This document shows, in pieces, positions 1 through 12,524 of a stretch of DNA of 64,000 nt (positions within the stretch are counted from its first letter, which is position 1; each line of letters begins with the position of its first letter). The position numbers and the translations under genes are program-made. The notes beneath the pieces are model-generated. The model worked only from the letters and a program-made list of their open reading frames with translations. It had not been told where the DNA came from and ran no database searches. Source of the stretch: Caecitellus pseudoparvulus (lineage: Eukaryota > Protista > Bigyra: Bicosoecida); contig CBFFRQ010000042.1 of assembly GCA_965644315.1 (NCBI GenBank), positions 496,001 to 560,000 of the forward strand, in the 5' to 3' direction.

Positions 1-1332
1 CAGGTGCGTTGCTGGCAGGGGCTGTGGTGTGCGGGGCGTTTCCGCGCCGTGTCCAGACCTGCCCGGCACGACTTGTGCCTTCCCCTTCTGTGACCCCAGG
101 CCTCTAGCAAAAAGTGGGCTGGGTGGCAACGGCGCTTCTGGCCGACATGGATCGGGCTGGCCTTCTTCTTCTCTCTCATCTACTTTGGGCGGCAGGAGGG
201 CCTGGCGCTGATGGTCCTCTGCTCCCAAGCCAAGATCTTCCAGGAACTGGTGAGCATCCAGATCAACTACAACAAGGAGCGCGAGCTGCCCGGCTTTGCG
301 GGTTTCTACTTCTACTGGTTTTTCACCGCGACATTCTGGTTCTATGGGCGGCAAATCCTGCCCCAGCTGGAGTTCAACCCTTGGGTTTTCAACGTCCCCG
401 TGCTGGGGTGGCTGCTGAGGAAGCACAGCGCAGTCGCTTTCGGCCTGTACGTGGCCGGCATCGTCGCGTTCGTTATCTCCCTGCGGAAGCAGAAGATGTT
501 CCAGTACCAGTTCTCCCAGTTTGCGTACTGCCACATGGCCTTGTTCATGGTGGTGTGGAACTCCACGTTCATCGTGGGAAACCTGTATCACGGCCTCATC
601 TGGATGTTCTTGCCAGCGTCCATGGTCATGTGCAACGACATCTGGGCCTACGTCTTTGGCTTCTTCTTCGGTCGCACGCCGTTAGTACCGTACATCAGCC
701 CGAAGAAGACCGTAGAGGGCTTTGCCGGCGCGTTCGTTGCCACCATCATCTGGGCTCTGGGCGTGTGCTGGATCGTGGAGCAGGCCACCTCCTCTTCGGT
801 GGCCCAGATCATGCTGTGCCCCAAGCAAGGCGTCTTCCCCGCCTTTGCCTGGTCCACACCCACCTGCGACGTGACGACGTTGTACGGCGGCATCCACGTC
901 CAGCACCCCCTTCGCACATGGTGGTTCGCACGTGCCGTTCCATGGTGGATGGAGGAGGTGGAGATCTCAGAGATGCAAGCACACGCGGTGGTGATGGCTG
1001 TCCTGGCTTCGTTCATCGCGCCCTTCGGCGGCTTCTTCGCCTCTGGCTTCAAGCGGGCATTCAAGATCAAGGACTTTGACCAGGTCATTCCTGGCCACGG
1101 TGGCATCTTGGACCGCATGGACTGCCAAATCGTCATGGGCTCCCTGGTGTACATGTACTCTTGGCACTTCCTCGGCCTGAGCGCGCCCGCTGTTGACGAG
1201 AGCCACCTCGGTGCACACGGCCCTGCCTTTGCCTCCATCTGGGCACGGGCGGCGGCACTCCCCGAGGAAGGCCAACTGGCACTCTTGCACAAGTTGGCTG
1301 GCACTTTGAACGCCACAGTGTCAGGCGTGTGA
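1..1332 (+). CDS. CDS1: Phosphatidate cytidylyltransferase (CDP-diacylglycerol synthase), 5'-partial
   Basis: Motifs NDIWAYVFGFFFGRTPL, ISPKKTVEGF and APFGGFFASGFKRAFKIKDFDQVIPGHGGILDRMDCQ. Intron 4..99 (GT..AG); the exon from 100 is in frame with ORF 211..1332. Confidence 0.95.
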
Positions 1333-1471
1333 ACCGCCCGCCGCTGCGGCGCCCACCTTCGTTTCAATGCACCGCTCCACGCACAATTGCTTGGCAGGGT
1401 GATTGCTCGACTTTGGGCCCTCGAGCACAGTGGTGGTCCGCCTGCCCCAGGTAAATGCGGCTGCGCCCAAC

Positions 1472-4400
1472 ATGGCAGCTCAGGAGGCCTGGCAGCGGGT
1501 GGCGCGTTCACTGGCCGAGGCGTCGAAGCCCACGACCTTAGCAGCAGCCCTTCACTCCTTCGCCACCCCTCCACCCTGCTCGCTGGCCGAAGTTCTTCAG
1601 GCAGCGGTGTGCTCCCCGAACTGCAACTTGCTGTGTGAACTCTCCTTATCATGTCCCGAGAGCCGGGGAGCCCTGCGGGCCGTTGTGCGGGGCTCGCCCG
1701 ATCCAGCAGTCCGGCGGGCGGGTGCGGCCATGTTGTTTGCTTGGCTTGCTGCGGAGGCTGCCGAGCCGGGGAACCTGGATAGCATCCCGACGGAAGGCGT
1801 CAACGACCTTCTCAGTGCATTAGTCGGTTCCCTACTGGATATTTGGTCCCAGGTGCGCAAGGACGCTTCCAAGGCATTCTTCACTCTGCTGCCTCAGCTC
1901 CCGTTGGATTGGGTGCGACGAGCGGCCCATGCTCTCCAACGGGTGCTGAGCATGCCCAGTGCGAGTACCCCAGCTGGATCATCGGCATCCGCAGTAGATA
2001 TCGTCTGCTCTGTTCCCCCAGACTGGAGGCAGCTGGAGGGTGCCGTCCTGGCCCTGGCCATGATGGTGAAACGTTTCGATGTCGAAACGCCAGGTGACGC
2101 CAGCGACGCATGGGGCGGCCTGAAGGGCCCAGAACTATGGCAAGCCCGGCGCGAGAAAGGAGCAATTGAGCCAGCACCCACTCTTTGCGCTGGCCTTCCT
2201 TCATGGCTGCTCCCGGCCGGTTTCCTGCAGGCCAGCGTGCTGCCCCTGCTGGCTCACCAACAGAAGACTCTGCGTGACACAGCCGTGCAGCTGACTGCCT
2301 CTGTCGTCGTGAGGTCCCCACCCCCCGTGCACGAGCACGTGCTGCACATCATGCTGAGCACCCTCATCAGCCCACAGTTTGAAGGTCTGCCCGTGCACTC
2401 CATGCCACATCCCGACCAGCTCCTGCCTCCAGCTCACGCAGAGGGTTGTCTGGCCTGCTTGGTCCTTGTGCTCCGACACCGCGGCATGCCTTCCCCTGGA
2501 CCAGAAGACATGGAAACGCCGGGGCTTTGGCAGCGCGTGGGGCGGGTCATCGTTTGGTACGCAGGGCACGCTGCCAGCACTGTGCGGCAGGCTTGCAGCA
2601 GGGTGGCACTACAAGCAGCCCTCGCCCGTGTGCATGGCGGTGGTGCAAACCTGCCCCTGCGCCTGCACCGCGCCCAGTCAGTGCAGCGCGTGCTAGGCGT
2701 CCTAGTGGGCGCTTGGCAGCAGTTAGTGTCTCCGGGCATGAGCCCGGTAGCTGGCGGCGACCCCGGCGCTGCGTTCCTATCCCCTGCTGCGTGGAAGCTG
2801 CGGGAGGGGCTGCTGTTCGGCTACGAGCTCATCGCACACTACCTCATCGAAGACCATGCCAAGGTGGTGGGGCCTTTGTTGGCCCAAGAGGGCAGTGTTG
2901 GCCCTGTCCCAGCCAACGCGGATGGGGACCACAGCTCACCCTGCCTGCCCCAGCACGCGGTGAGGGCCTTTCCGTTCGGCGTGCCAGGGCTATCGTCGGG
3001 ATCTCAGGGAACCAGGCTGCCGTTGAGCCCTCCAAGGTCGCCTGTCCGGGCCTCGTCCAGCGCCTTCAGCACGCCACGGCCCAGCGTCTCGACGCACCGC
3101 CCTGAACCGGCGGGAAAGGCTGCCCCCTCGCCGTGGGCGCCCTACACGCCCACTCTAGACACACCAGGCCCACGCCACAATGTCAGTGGAGGCCAAGAAG
3201 GCGCGCTTGATCCAGCCTGGGTAGCCGATTCCTTTCCACGCGAAGTGCTGCCAAGCTGCGAGGCGGGCGAGCTTGAGAGCGAGGCAGCGGGGTGCACTGC
3301 CGGGTACCATGGGCCGCTTCCCGTGCCAGTCTGTATCTTGAGTGCCATGAGCGCCTCCCCGGCGTTCCAGACAGCCCTGAGACACTTGGTGCGGCACCTG
3401 CAGCTGTGCGTGGACTGCCCTGTGTTTGAGCTGCGCCGCATGGGGGAGCAGCTGCTGCCGCTCATCGTGGACATCTTGTTGTGGGCTGCACCTCGCCTTC
3501 TCATGGAACTTGCTTCCACCTTGGGCTTGGCCATTCCCCTGCGCATTGCCGATCCAGTGCTTACAGTTGGGCGGCTGCTGAACTCGGCCTGCCGCCGCGC
3601 TGCATCTGTGCGGCAGCGGCTTCAAGAGAGCCTCGCAACTCCCCGGCCCCTGGTAGCTGCTGACCTGTACGTGGCGGCATGTTTGTCCCATGCCCTCGGT
3701 GCTCTGAGCTCTGTTGGCGTGAGGGCTGCCTGTGCCGGCCTCGCGGTGCGGGCGCCCACCGACAAGTGTCTCGCCTTGGGACTGGACACACTCAGCTTCG
3801 TGTTCTGGCTGGACCTACCCCAGCGCGATGCGCCGCCACCTGCCTGGGCCCTCGCGCTGCCACTGCATGTGACTCTGGAGCGTCTGTGCAAGGTCATGCG
3901 CTTGGGCAGTGTGCTGCAGGGGCTGGGCTTGCCTGGCAGTCCGGTTCACGCACAGCAGGCGGTGCGTTGCCTCATCGCCCGTGCTGCCTCCCTCCGTGGC
4001 CAGGTCGACCCTTCTTCGCCACTGCCCATGCGTCCCTCAACCAGCGTCTCGGCCTTGCAGCACCTCTTTTCCAGACGCATGCTGCCTGCCTGGTATGAGG
4101 CTGCCTGTGCAGGTGGCCAGGTGGCCACACTTCAAGTTGGCGGAGCCGCCCTGCGCACTGCAGAAGCTGCCCAGACGCCCTCCTTAGTGTACACCACACT
4201 GCTGCCAGCCCAAAGTCAAGCCAGTGCCGTACCAGCTGACTTGTCGACGGGTGCAGAGGCAGTGCTGGTGTCTGGCTGTGCGGCGCAGCGGTCTGCAGGG
4301 AAGCAGCCGCTTGCCCCAGCTGCAGCGGGAGAGGGTGACGCGCAGACGGGAGAGATCCTGGTGCGGCATCAAGGCACCCTGCCCTGTCCTCCCCAGTCAA

Positions 4401-5962
4401 CTGACTTTATGAGACTCCCAGCGGCTGCTGCGGCCACCCCCCACGCGTCCGCTGCCTCTGCCAGCTCCGCCATGGACGCAAACACACCACTGCGCGCTCA
4501 CCGAGCATCTTCCATACTGTCCGTGTCCACTTCAAACACTGGCGAGGAGGAGGATAGGCCCCTGTCCCCCGCCGCCGTCTCACCGCCCTCTGCTCCGCCA
4601 CCGCAGGCTCAGACACCCACGTCGCAGCCACCCCCACCCGCACCGACACTCACAGTGCTACCACCATCTGCCCCTCAGCCATTCTCCATCCCGTTGAGCC
4701 CCGCTGTGGAAGTAGTCGCAGCACGCAGCAGCGAGGCCATGACCAGGGCACGCCAAGCAGCGGTGCTGCTGGACGGCGCCGCCACCGCTGCGCTGCAGAG
4801 CCTCGTGTTGGCTTCTGACCACACCCGCCTGCTGTCCACTGCGGAAGCGTGCCTGCTCGCGCAGCTTGCAGCCACAGCAGCCCTGCGCATCCAGCATCAG
4901 CAGCTGGGCTGCGATGCCTGGGAGCTGGCAGCCGCCTGCCTGCACGAGCTGCAAGCGCGAGTGACAGAGGGGGGAGGCGAGCTCGGGCCCGCTGCGCGTG
5001 CTCCGACATCTTGGGGCCGCCAGCAAGTGCTGCAGGTGTACAGTGTTGCAGTGGCTGTGCCGCACAGCCCGCTGGCCCACGCGCAGCCTGGCTCGCTGCA
5101 GGCTTGCCTCCTGGACACTTGTGCCGTAGTGGTGGTAGCTGCGGTGGCCACCTTGGCCCCTAGCACACCCCTGGAGGTGCCAGACAGCCCCCCCCTCTCT
5201 CTGGCCTTCCTAGCACCAGCGCCTGTGGGCTGGCGGCGCAAAGATCTGCGCGTGCTGCAGGCAGTGCTGGCCGCTGGACTGGCTGGCGTTCGGGCCGCGA
5301 CTGCCCTGTCTGGCAGCCACCCGGGGGGGTTGGCAGGTACACTAGCGCATCTGCTGCAAGGCGCTGTGCAGATCCGCCTGGAAGAGTGTGACTCGGCAGT
5401 GCAAGGTTCCCCGGCTCTTCCAGGGCGCACTGCCACACCACCACCTGGCGTAGATGAGCTGCCAGGGGTGGCGGTGACGGTGGAACCCAGCCTGTGGAGG
5501 GGGCGTGGGGGTGGTTCCGACACCTTTCATGCCTCCAGACACTTGCTGGCGCTTGCTGCAGCATCCCACGGTGTGCAGGGAGTCCATGGCGAGGACGCAG
5601 GTGCGGACGCGGGTGAGCTGCGGGCGGCCAGCATGTCGTCCACAGGCGGCCGCGACGTGTCCATTGCCTCGGCAAACTCGACTGGGAAGTGCCAGACAGG
5701 TGCGGCGCAGGTGGAGCGGCCAGAAGTGGTGGCCCCCTCCCCTGTGCAGGAGCGTGACTCTGATGGGGGAGGGGAATGGGATGACTGGGATGACTGGGAC
5801 GAGGCTAGCTCGCACTCCAGCGGGCTGTCCCCCAGTGTCACGGGCTCAGAGCTGCGCGCCGACAGTTTGCCACTGCAGTCGATGACGGGCCATGCCGAGT
5901 GCTTGGCTGAGGCGGCTGCTGCTCTCGCCGGCCTGCTCGCAGGAGGATCTGCCGCCGAGTAG
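1472..5962 (+). CDS. Large HEAT/ARM-repeat-like hypothetical protein
   Basis: Open frame of about 1500 codons, first ATG at 1472. HEAT-like segments (WSQVRKDAS, WRQLEGAVLAL, KTLRDTAVQL, STVRQACS, WKLREGLLFG, FELRRMGEQLL) are separated by P/S-rich linkers; acidic WDDWDDWDE near the C-terminus. Confidence 0.65.
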   Translation: MAAQEAWQRVARSLAEASKPTTLAAALHSFATPPPCSLAEVLQAAVCSPNCNLLCELSLSCPESRGALRAVVRGSPDPAVRRAGAAMLFAWLAAEAAEPGNLDSIPTEGVNDLLSALVGSLLDIWSQVRKDASKAFFTLLPQLPLDWVRRAAHALQRVLSMPSASTPAGSSASAVDIVCSVPPDWRQLEGAVLALAMMVKRFDVETPGDASDAWGGLKGPELWQARREKGAIEPAPTLCAGLPSWLLPAGFLQASVLPLLAHQQKTLRDTAVQLTASVVVRSPPPVHEHVLHIMLSTLISPQFEGLPVHSMPHPDQLLPPAHAEGCLACLVLVLRHRGMPSPGPEDMETPGLWQRVGRVIVWYAGHAASTVRQACSRVALQAALARVHGGGANLPLRLHRAQSVQRVLGVLVGAWQQLVSPGMSPVAGGDPGAAFLSPAAWKLREGLLFGYELIAHYLIEDHAKVVGPLLAQEGSVGPVPANADGDHSSPCLPQHAVRAFPFGVPGLSSGSQGTRLPLSPPRSPVRASSSAFSTPRPSVSTHRPEPAGKAAPSPWAPYTPTLDTPGPRHNVSGGQEGALDPAWVADSFPREVLPSCEAGELESEAAGCTAGYHGPLPVPVCILSAMSASPAFQTALRHLVRHLQLCVDCPVFELRRMGEQLLPLIVDILLWAAPRLLMELASTLGLAIPLRIADPVLTVGRLLNSACRRAASVRQRLQESLATPRPLVAADLYVAACLSHALGALSSVGVRAACAGLAVRAPTDKCLALGLDTLSFVFWLDLPQRDAPPPAWALALPLHVTLERLCKVMRLGSVLQGLGLPGSPVHAQQAVRCLIARAASLRGQVDPSSPLPMRPSTSVSALQHLFSRRMLPAWYEAACAGGQVATLQVGGAALRTAEAAQTPSLVYTTLLPAQSQASAVPADLSTGAEAVLVSGCAAQRSAGKQPLAPAAAGEGDAQTGEILVRHQGTLPCPPQSTDFMRLPAAAAATPHASAASASSAMDANTPLRAHRASSILSVSTSNTGEEEDRPLSPAAVSPPSAPPPQAQTPTSQPPPPAPTLTVLPPSAPQPFSIPLSPAVEVVAARSSEAMTRARQAAVLLDGAATAALQSLVLASDHTRLLSTAEACLLAQLAATAALRIQHQQLGCDAWELAAACLHELQARVTEGGGELGPAARAPTSWGRQQVLQVYSVAVAVPHSPLAHAQPGSLQACLLDTCAVVVVAAVATLAPSTPLEVPDSPPLSLAFLAPAPVGWRRKDLRVLQAVLAAGLAGVRAATALSGSHPGGLAGTLAHLLQGAVQIRLEECDSAVQGSPALPGRTATPPPGVDELPGVAVTVEPSLWRGRGGGSDTFHASRHLLALAAASHGVQGVHGEDAGADAGELRAASMSSTGGRDVSIASANSTGKCQTGAAQVERPEVVAPSPVQERDSDGGGEWDDWDDWDEASSHSSGLSPSVTGSELRADSLPLQSMTGHAECLAEAAAALAGLLAGGSAAE

Positions 5963-6207
5963 GCGTGCTTGTGCCCCCCCTCCCGCACATTGATTCAGCA
6001 GCTCTGCCCTCAGCGTTGCTCACGAATACAAACTCTAAACCACACAAAAATTCCTCATTGGCGCACACAGGGCGACGCTGCACTCCCTGCCGCCAGCGGT
6101 GAGCAGCCGCATTCAGGCGCGCTCCTGGGTGGCTTCCAGCACGCACGCGGATCCGCCAGCAACGCCTGGTGTCAGCGAGCTTGTTTCAAGCGTGAAGGCA
6201 AGCAAGC

Positions 6208-8315
6208 ATGGCGGACGCTCCCAAGAAAAAGGTGCTGAAGAAGTTCTTTGGTGGGAAGAAGAAGGGAAGCAAGAAGAAGGCCAAAGTAGAAGAGTGAGTG
6301 TGTGGCCTTCTGCGGCGTGCTGACGCTGCAGCTTCACGGGGTGTCCCCCTCCCCCCACAGGCCTGCCGATGATGGCATGGACGCTTGGAAAAACGTACCT
6401 GATGTGGCACCCATGGGTGTTGCCCCGAAGCCTGCCGTTGCAGTGGGTGCTCTGGAGTGAGTGCGGTTGGAGGTGCTGTGTGCATTCAAAATCCGCACCT
6501 CCACTTTTCCGCCTTGCTCAGCCATGATGATGGCCCTGCCGTGGTCAGCGCGAAGCAGCTCGTGGACACAGAGATCGCATCGTGAGTGGCTCCCTAGCCA
6601 GCTTGCCTCTGCCACGCCTGGCCCCGTTGGACTCGCTTCACCGCTTGGTCGTTCGTGCCGACTTTGTGAGCAGGGCAGCTCTGGAGGAGGCGCGCAAGAA
6701 CGCCAAGAAGCGCGAGCTACTGGGCGACGAGATGCAGACAGGAGAGGTAGCACCGAAGGAGGAAACGCTGATGGAGCGTATCGCACGCCGTCGTCGCGAA
6801 GCAGCTACGGCTGGCCTGCGGGATGAGACCAACTTCCCCAGCCTTGGCGGCGCCAAGGCCAGCCGAAAGCCGGCTAGCTCCAGCAGCAAGGCATCTCCAT
6901 GGGATTTGTCAAAGGTGGAGATTGCAGAGGAAGAGCTGGAGGCAGCTCGGGCACCCAAGCTCGAGGGTGAAGGCGACACTGGGCTGGGCCTGAAGGCCAC
7001 GCTCTTGCCCGGCACCAAACCCATCGAGACGTCCGAGGAACTGGACAGTGCATTGAAGGCAATCGCAGGGGTGAGTGACCTTGTTCATCGCTGCGTCTTG
7101 TCACACGCGTCGTTTTATCGGAGGTGGGGTGCAGCTCCCACCCCCCCTCCTTCATGCCGGCGCCAGAAGAACTGTCACCGCCCCGCACACGGCTGCTCCG
7201 CGGGCAGGCGCGCCCCCCCAGGCGTTTTGCTAGGGGGATGACGTGTCTGTCCTGGCTTGGGTAGCTCGCTGCCGGTGGCTGCGTGCGGGGCGGTTTCGTG
7301 GCTGTAATTAGCGGGCCTGCCCTGTCCCTGGCTTCCCCCGTCAGTCCTTGCCTCCACACCCCTCTCCCCCCCCCTGTCACAGGACTACGCCATGATGCAA
7401 AGCGCAGACAGCCTGTGCACGTCTCTTGCCGAGTTGGCGCCCGTCGCCGAGCTGGGCGGCCTGCGCGCACGCGCCTTCATCCTCATCAACTTCCTGCACG
7501 ACAGCGTGGCGGAAGACTGGGAGGAAAAGGAAGTTAAGGCGGTGGAGGCAGGGCTGCTGGCCTTGCTGGAGCGCCAGGTCGTGGACCGTGAAGGCATTCG
7601 GGAGGCCTTCACGTCCGCCATGACCGGTTGGTTCGACGACACGATCAAAGACTTCCCTCACCTGCCCAAGCGCGTGAAGGACATCACGCAGGGCCTTGTC
7701 CTTAAGCGCGTCATCCGAGCATCACAGTTGCCGAAGAAAGTCGTTGATGCCTGCGTGCCGCGTGTGAACCGCCTGGTGGAGGAAGAGGCGGCCAAGGACA
7801 GGGGCGAGGAGCCACCCTCCGCCATGGCAGCCCCAGTGTCAGCCTCCTCAGCTGCTCCTCGTGTGTCTGCAGGCCCCCCTCGAATCAGCGCACTGGCATC
7901 CCTGGGCAGCTTTCTGGAGGAGGCGGCGAAGGAGCGGAAAGGGGATGTGGAGGCGCCGACAGCTGCGAAAGCCGCAAGCGGCCCGGCGGTCTCCGCGCCT
8001 GCTGCCGCCTCAGCTGAGAGCGCGGCAGCTTCTGCCGCTCCCGCTGCAGGTGGCGTTGGCGATGAGGCCGAGGCGGATGGCTTGGATGACTTGTACGCAG
8101 AGGCATCCAAAAAGAAGGGCAAGAAGGGCAAGAAGGTCAAAAAGAAGAAGAAGGGCGCTGACTTCGCCCTGGAAGGCGAAGGCGAAGAGGAGACTGTCGC
8201 CGCCCCAGCTGTGCCCGTTGTGGAAGTGCAGGCTGATGCTGCTGCCGAGCTGGAAGACCTCTATGCTGCAGCTGGCAAGAAAAAGGCCAAGAAGGCCAAG
8301 AAGAAGTCTGCGTAG
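6208..8315 (+). CDS. Lys-rich protein with probable MA3/MI-like helical domain (5 exons)
   Basis: ATG 6208 (MADAPKKKVLKKFFGGKKK). GT-AG introns at about 6294-6360, 6457-6521, 6583-6673 and 7071-7382 join the frames. Contains NFPSLGG; ...GIREAF..GWFDDTIKDFPHLPKRV resembles the end of the MA3 consensus. K-rich tail. Confidence 0.6.
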
Positions 8316-8542
8316 GCTTGAAATGCAGCGTTGTCTCTGGCTTTGGGCCCCCTACTTGTTTGGAGTGGAAGGCCCCCGTCCTGCGAGGGGGCCTGGTGGA
8401 ACAAACCCAACAGCTCGAGCTGAATGTGAGGAAGTCACTGGGTCCCCCCCTCGGTCTTTCCATTGGCCAACTCGCCAGATCAGAGGAGCCTGCTTATTTG
8501 TGGGAAGCGTGTAACGCCGGCGAAACACCTGCCGTTGCCGGC

Positions 8543-11500
8543 ATGTCGACTACCCCGACCCAAGAGCAGCTTGTGCACCACTTGTGGAATGCAACACAGA
8601 GTGCAAATGCCTCTGTGCAACGGGAATCAAATGCCTTTATGAAGGCAGCCTTGGAACGGGCGGACATCTGGCCCGTTCTGCTGACGACGCTGCAGACAGT
8701 GGTCAGTGCCCCAGACGCCCGCAGCCCGACTCTGGGTTTCCTCATCGCAAACAGTCTTCTAACCAAGGTGAGACCCAAGTCCTATCTCCATGTGTGCATC
8801 TGTGCCCCCACCTCTTCTCTCTGCTACATCCTGCTTCCCTGCCCCTCATCAGACGCGCCGAGACTGGGCGCAGCTCACCGTCGCCGACCGCCAGGCTGCC
8901 AGCACGTGCATGGCAGAGTGCTTGGCTGCGCTGCCATCTGGTCACGACAAGATGCACGAGCGCCTGGCCGCTTGTGTGGCTCGGGCGGCATCCTACGGCT
9001 CAGTGCAAGACATGCAGGCGTTCTTGCAGCGGCACCTGGCGCTGGCGTCGGCAGGAGTCACGGGACTGCGTGTGGTGGCCGAGTTCACGCTGGAGACGCT
9101 GGAGCAGGCACACCCGAGATCGGGCGACGCAAAAGCGGCCCTGAACGGAGTGGCAGAGGCGGTGCTGGCAGGCATCCGGAGCTGTCTTGGCAGTGAGGAC
9201 CTTTCACGAAACCAGGCCCTGCTGGCACTGGCCTTGCTCAAGGGGTTGGTGGCCGCTGGCACTTGCCTGGGGGCGGTGCACGCCGCTGACAGTGCGCTTC
9301 TCCCTGCTTTTGTGCGGCTGCTCCCCAGCTCATTGGGTGGCCCATGCAGCTCCACCCTGTGCGGTGTGCTGGAGCCACTGTCGAACCGCTTCTGTGGGCG
9401 TGAGGACGGTTTACTGCGGTTATCGGCTGCCCCTGCAGTCCAGGCAGTGGCTGCCCAGTGTTGCAGTCTGCGAGAATCCTTCCTCTCCAGCCTAGCCAGC
9501 GATGACACCGACACGGCCCGCCACATCCTGCCGGTTGTCGTGTCGGTGGTGGCAGCTGGCCTTGCATCCTGGCAGCAGGTCCGCCGGGCGGCAGACCACC
9601 AGAGACAGGCCAGCGCAGGTCTGCAGGTGCCTTCGACTCCGGCATTTCGAGAGGGGCTCGAGCCTGCCGCTTGGATAGGGGGCTCCGCCGTGGGGCAGGG
9701 CGGAGCGGGCGCCACAAGTGAGGCCACGCCGGCCCGCAGTTGCCACCATGTTGAAGGGCTCCTGGGCATGCTGCTGGCCGCGACAGAGGGCCCAGACATC
9801 CGCTGTCGAGCTTTGGCTGCAGATGCATGGATGTGCATGGGCCAGGCACACCCGACATTGGAGGGGGTGCCGTGGTATGGGGCAGAGCTGCTGCACCGTT
9901 TGCTGGCATCCACGCTGCGGGGTGTAGCGTTTCCTGCTGCCTTTTCCTCTTGGGAGGAGGAAGCCACCATGGATGAAGATGCTTTTCACCAGTACCGTGA
10001 GCAGCAAGCAGTGGAGGTCTTGGAAGTGGTGTGGCAGGGGGTGGGCCCCTCGCCGTACTGCGACTCCATCACCGACCTCCTCGCTCGCAGCAACACTGCC
10101 GGTGCCACGTGGCAAGATGCTGAGGTCGCATTTTTTGCCCTCAGAGCGGTGCACCTGCAAGTCAAGAGTGCCTTGCGAGCCGCCAGGACAGCAGAGCGCA
10201 CACACCTGCCAGTTGGTACAGAGAGTGGTGTGGTGCCCTCCATCGACGCTGCGTTGGCAGCTGCGCTTCGCGGGCTCTCACCCGAGATCGCTGCCCAGTG
10301 GACCTGGCCGCTGTCAGTTGCTGCAGCCAAAACTGCAGCTGTATATGCACCGTGGCTGAGTGCGCACCAGCAGTTCATTGGGGCCGTAGGGCAGTTTGCA
10401 CTGGCTGCGCTGCACATTGAGCAAGTTGCCCTGCCTGCCTCTCAGGCTCTGTTGGGGCTGTGCGTGCGCTGCGGCAAGGCGTTGGCGACAGCTGACTCAC
10501 TCCAAGCCTTGGCAGGAGGCGTGCTCACCTGCTTACATCACTCGGCGGGCGACTTAGAGAGCAGCTCCAACGTGCTGACAGGCATCTTGCGCGTTCTGGC
10601 GCATGTCAGTGCTGCAGAGGCGTGTGGAACCCTTCGACAGCTGCTGGGCAGCTTGATCAGTCAGGTGAAGGGGGCCATTGATGCCTTGTCATCTCCTCCC
10701 ACTGCGCCGCAGGTGGCGGCCGTGCACGACGCCGTGCAGCTTGCTGCAGTTGCAGTGCGCTTCAGTGGCAGCATGCAGCGAGCAGAGGCCGCCCAGCTGG
10801 AGGCATTGGACATTGCTGTTGAAGGCAGCAGCAGCATCATCCACTGCATCATTTCCTTATCCTTAACTGAGGCCATGCTGCCCGTGGCACAAGCATGTGC
10901 AGAGCTGCTCGCCGCTGTCCTGGCGGCGGCAGGTGGCCGTCGCGCTGACACTTTGCCCCTCATCTTGCAGTGCGTCGCGCGGCTTTACGAAGGTGTGCGG
11001 GCGCCAGAGTCTGTGCAAGTGCTGAGTAACTGCCTGGAGTACTACGCCAGTGGTTCCATCGCTGCAGGGCAAGGCAGTCTCGACGCAGCCACCCAAACAG
11101 AAGCTGACGCGCTGCTTGCACGCAACGTTCAAGCTGTGCTGCAGCACGGCCTGTCTCAGACGGAAGCCACTGTGGATGTGGGGCCATTGTTTGAGTTGGG
11201 CAGCGAGTGCTTGCGGTGGCACCCGGAGGCGCTCCTGGGCTCCGAGCCAGTGACAAGTGCACTGTATGCAGCTGCAGCGGGAGTCATTGGCGGGGCCTCA
11301 GTGGCCCCTCGAGGGGTCCGTTCAGCAATTGCCTTTACGAGAGACTTGGTGAGAGTTCCCAGTTCTGCAGGTGCGTCTGGGCAGCGAGCCAGGGTCGCGC
11401 AGTGCCTGGCAGCATGCAGAGGCAGCGTACTCAAGGCTGTGGACGCAGCTGGGCGTGCAGTACTTGTGGCACTGCTGAGTGGCGTGCTGGTGGGCGGAGA

Positions 11501-11909
11501 AGGCATTCCCCTCACTGCGACAAGCGAAGCCCTTTACCATCACCTTGTTGCCTTTCACGACGCTGTGGCGCCCCTAGTGATCAGCCTGTTAGCTGAGCCA
11601 CCTGCCACCTCTGGCCTGCCCGTGCCAGCGTCCCCTTTGTGGGGTACCCTGCAAGGCCAGGTTGCACAGCAGCTGGTGCGGTATGCCTCGCCGGCGGTAC
11701 ACGCATCTGCACCCCAGGGTACCGCTGCCTACTTGCAAGTAACGCCTTGGGAGACATACAGCCGGGTGGTGGAGGCTGCATCGTCCGTGGCTCGCGGCGC
11801 TGCGGGGATGGAGGCATTCGCAGCTCTGCCGAGTCCTGGCGAGCAACCACCTGAAGAAGCACCATCTGGAGAGACGAAGGATGTCAGTCGTGTTTTGACG
11901 TTTCTGTAG
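8543..11909 (+). CDS. Importin-beta family karyopherin, importin-13/transportin-SR-like
   Basis: IBN_N-like start (VQRESNAFM...FLIANSLLTK|TRRDW, intron 8768..8852), DEDAFHQYRE and TWQDAEVAFFALRAV motifs, helical repeat composition. Confidence 0.75.
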
Positions 11910-11936
11910 CTCGCTGTGGAGTCGCTGCGATTGCAT

Positions 11937-12524
11937 TCATCCAGCTCTGCGAGGTCGGAGCTTGGACACAGACTTGATCACCTCCAACTCGTCCATGGCT
12001 GCACTGACACGGAAGACGGTCAAGAAGTAGCCCTTCTCGTTGCAGCACTTGAAGGTATACTGGTCTGCCTCCCCATGTTCCGCTGCTCCCTGGTGAATGC
12101 TCCAGTCTGGCCCGAAGCCTGCAGGGACGGTCAACGTCCGAACGGCCTCGAGAAGAGTGGGGTCGGTTGTCGATTCGCCCACTGCGCCCCTCGCTGCGCA
12201 CCTTGCCTCGGCGATGACCCTCTCCTCTTCATCGCTGCTGCTCGCTTGGTCTGCCCCTTGTTGCGTGGGCTGGCCCACACTCTGTGTCTCTGCAGGAGGG
12301 CGAGCATCAGTTGCTGAAGGTGACGTGATGGGCACCTCGAGGCCAGGCTAGTGCGAGGTGGCAGCTGCGCGCAATGCATCACGAACCAGAGGGTTGAGAA
12401 GCAGAGGACCCCATTCTCATACGCCCGGCCTATCGGGGCCAAGAGCCTTCTTGCGCACAGTCTGCGCTTGGCGTGGTGTGGGGCGACGGCTGCGCGACGA
12501 GCTAGATGCTCTTGAAGAAAGCAT
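11937..12524 (-). CDS. Small hypothetical protein (2 exons)
   Basis: ATG 12524 (MLSSRASS...GPDRPG) joins in frame to ORF 11937..12335 through intron 12348..12422 (GTATGA..TAG). The C-terminus looks globular (QYTFKCCNEKGYFLTVFRVS). Confidence 0.5.

Noticed and set aside
7071-7382. 312-nt intron as a snoRNA host
   Set aside because: Only a partial C-box-like GGATGA with no matching terminal CTGA; the hairpins are explained by G/C runs.
11916-12317. 133-aa + strand ORF
   Set aside because: It starts at GTG immediately after the upstream stop; the - strand model has an ATG, an in-frame canonical intron and a downstream AATGCA.
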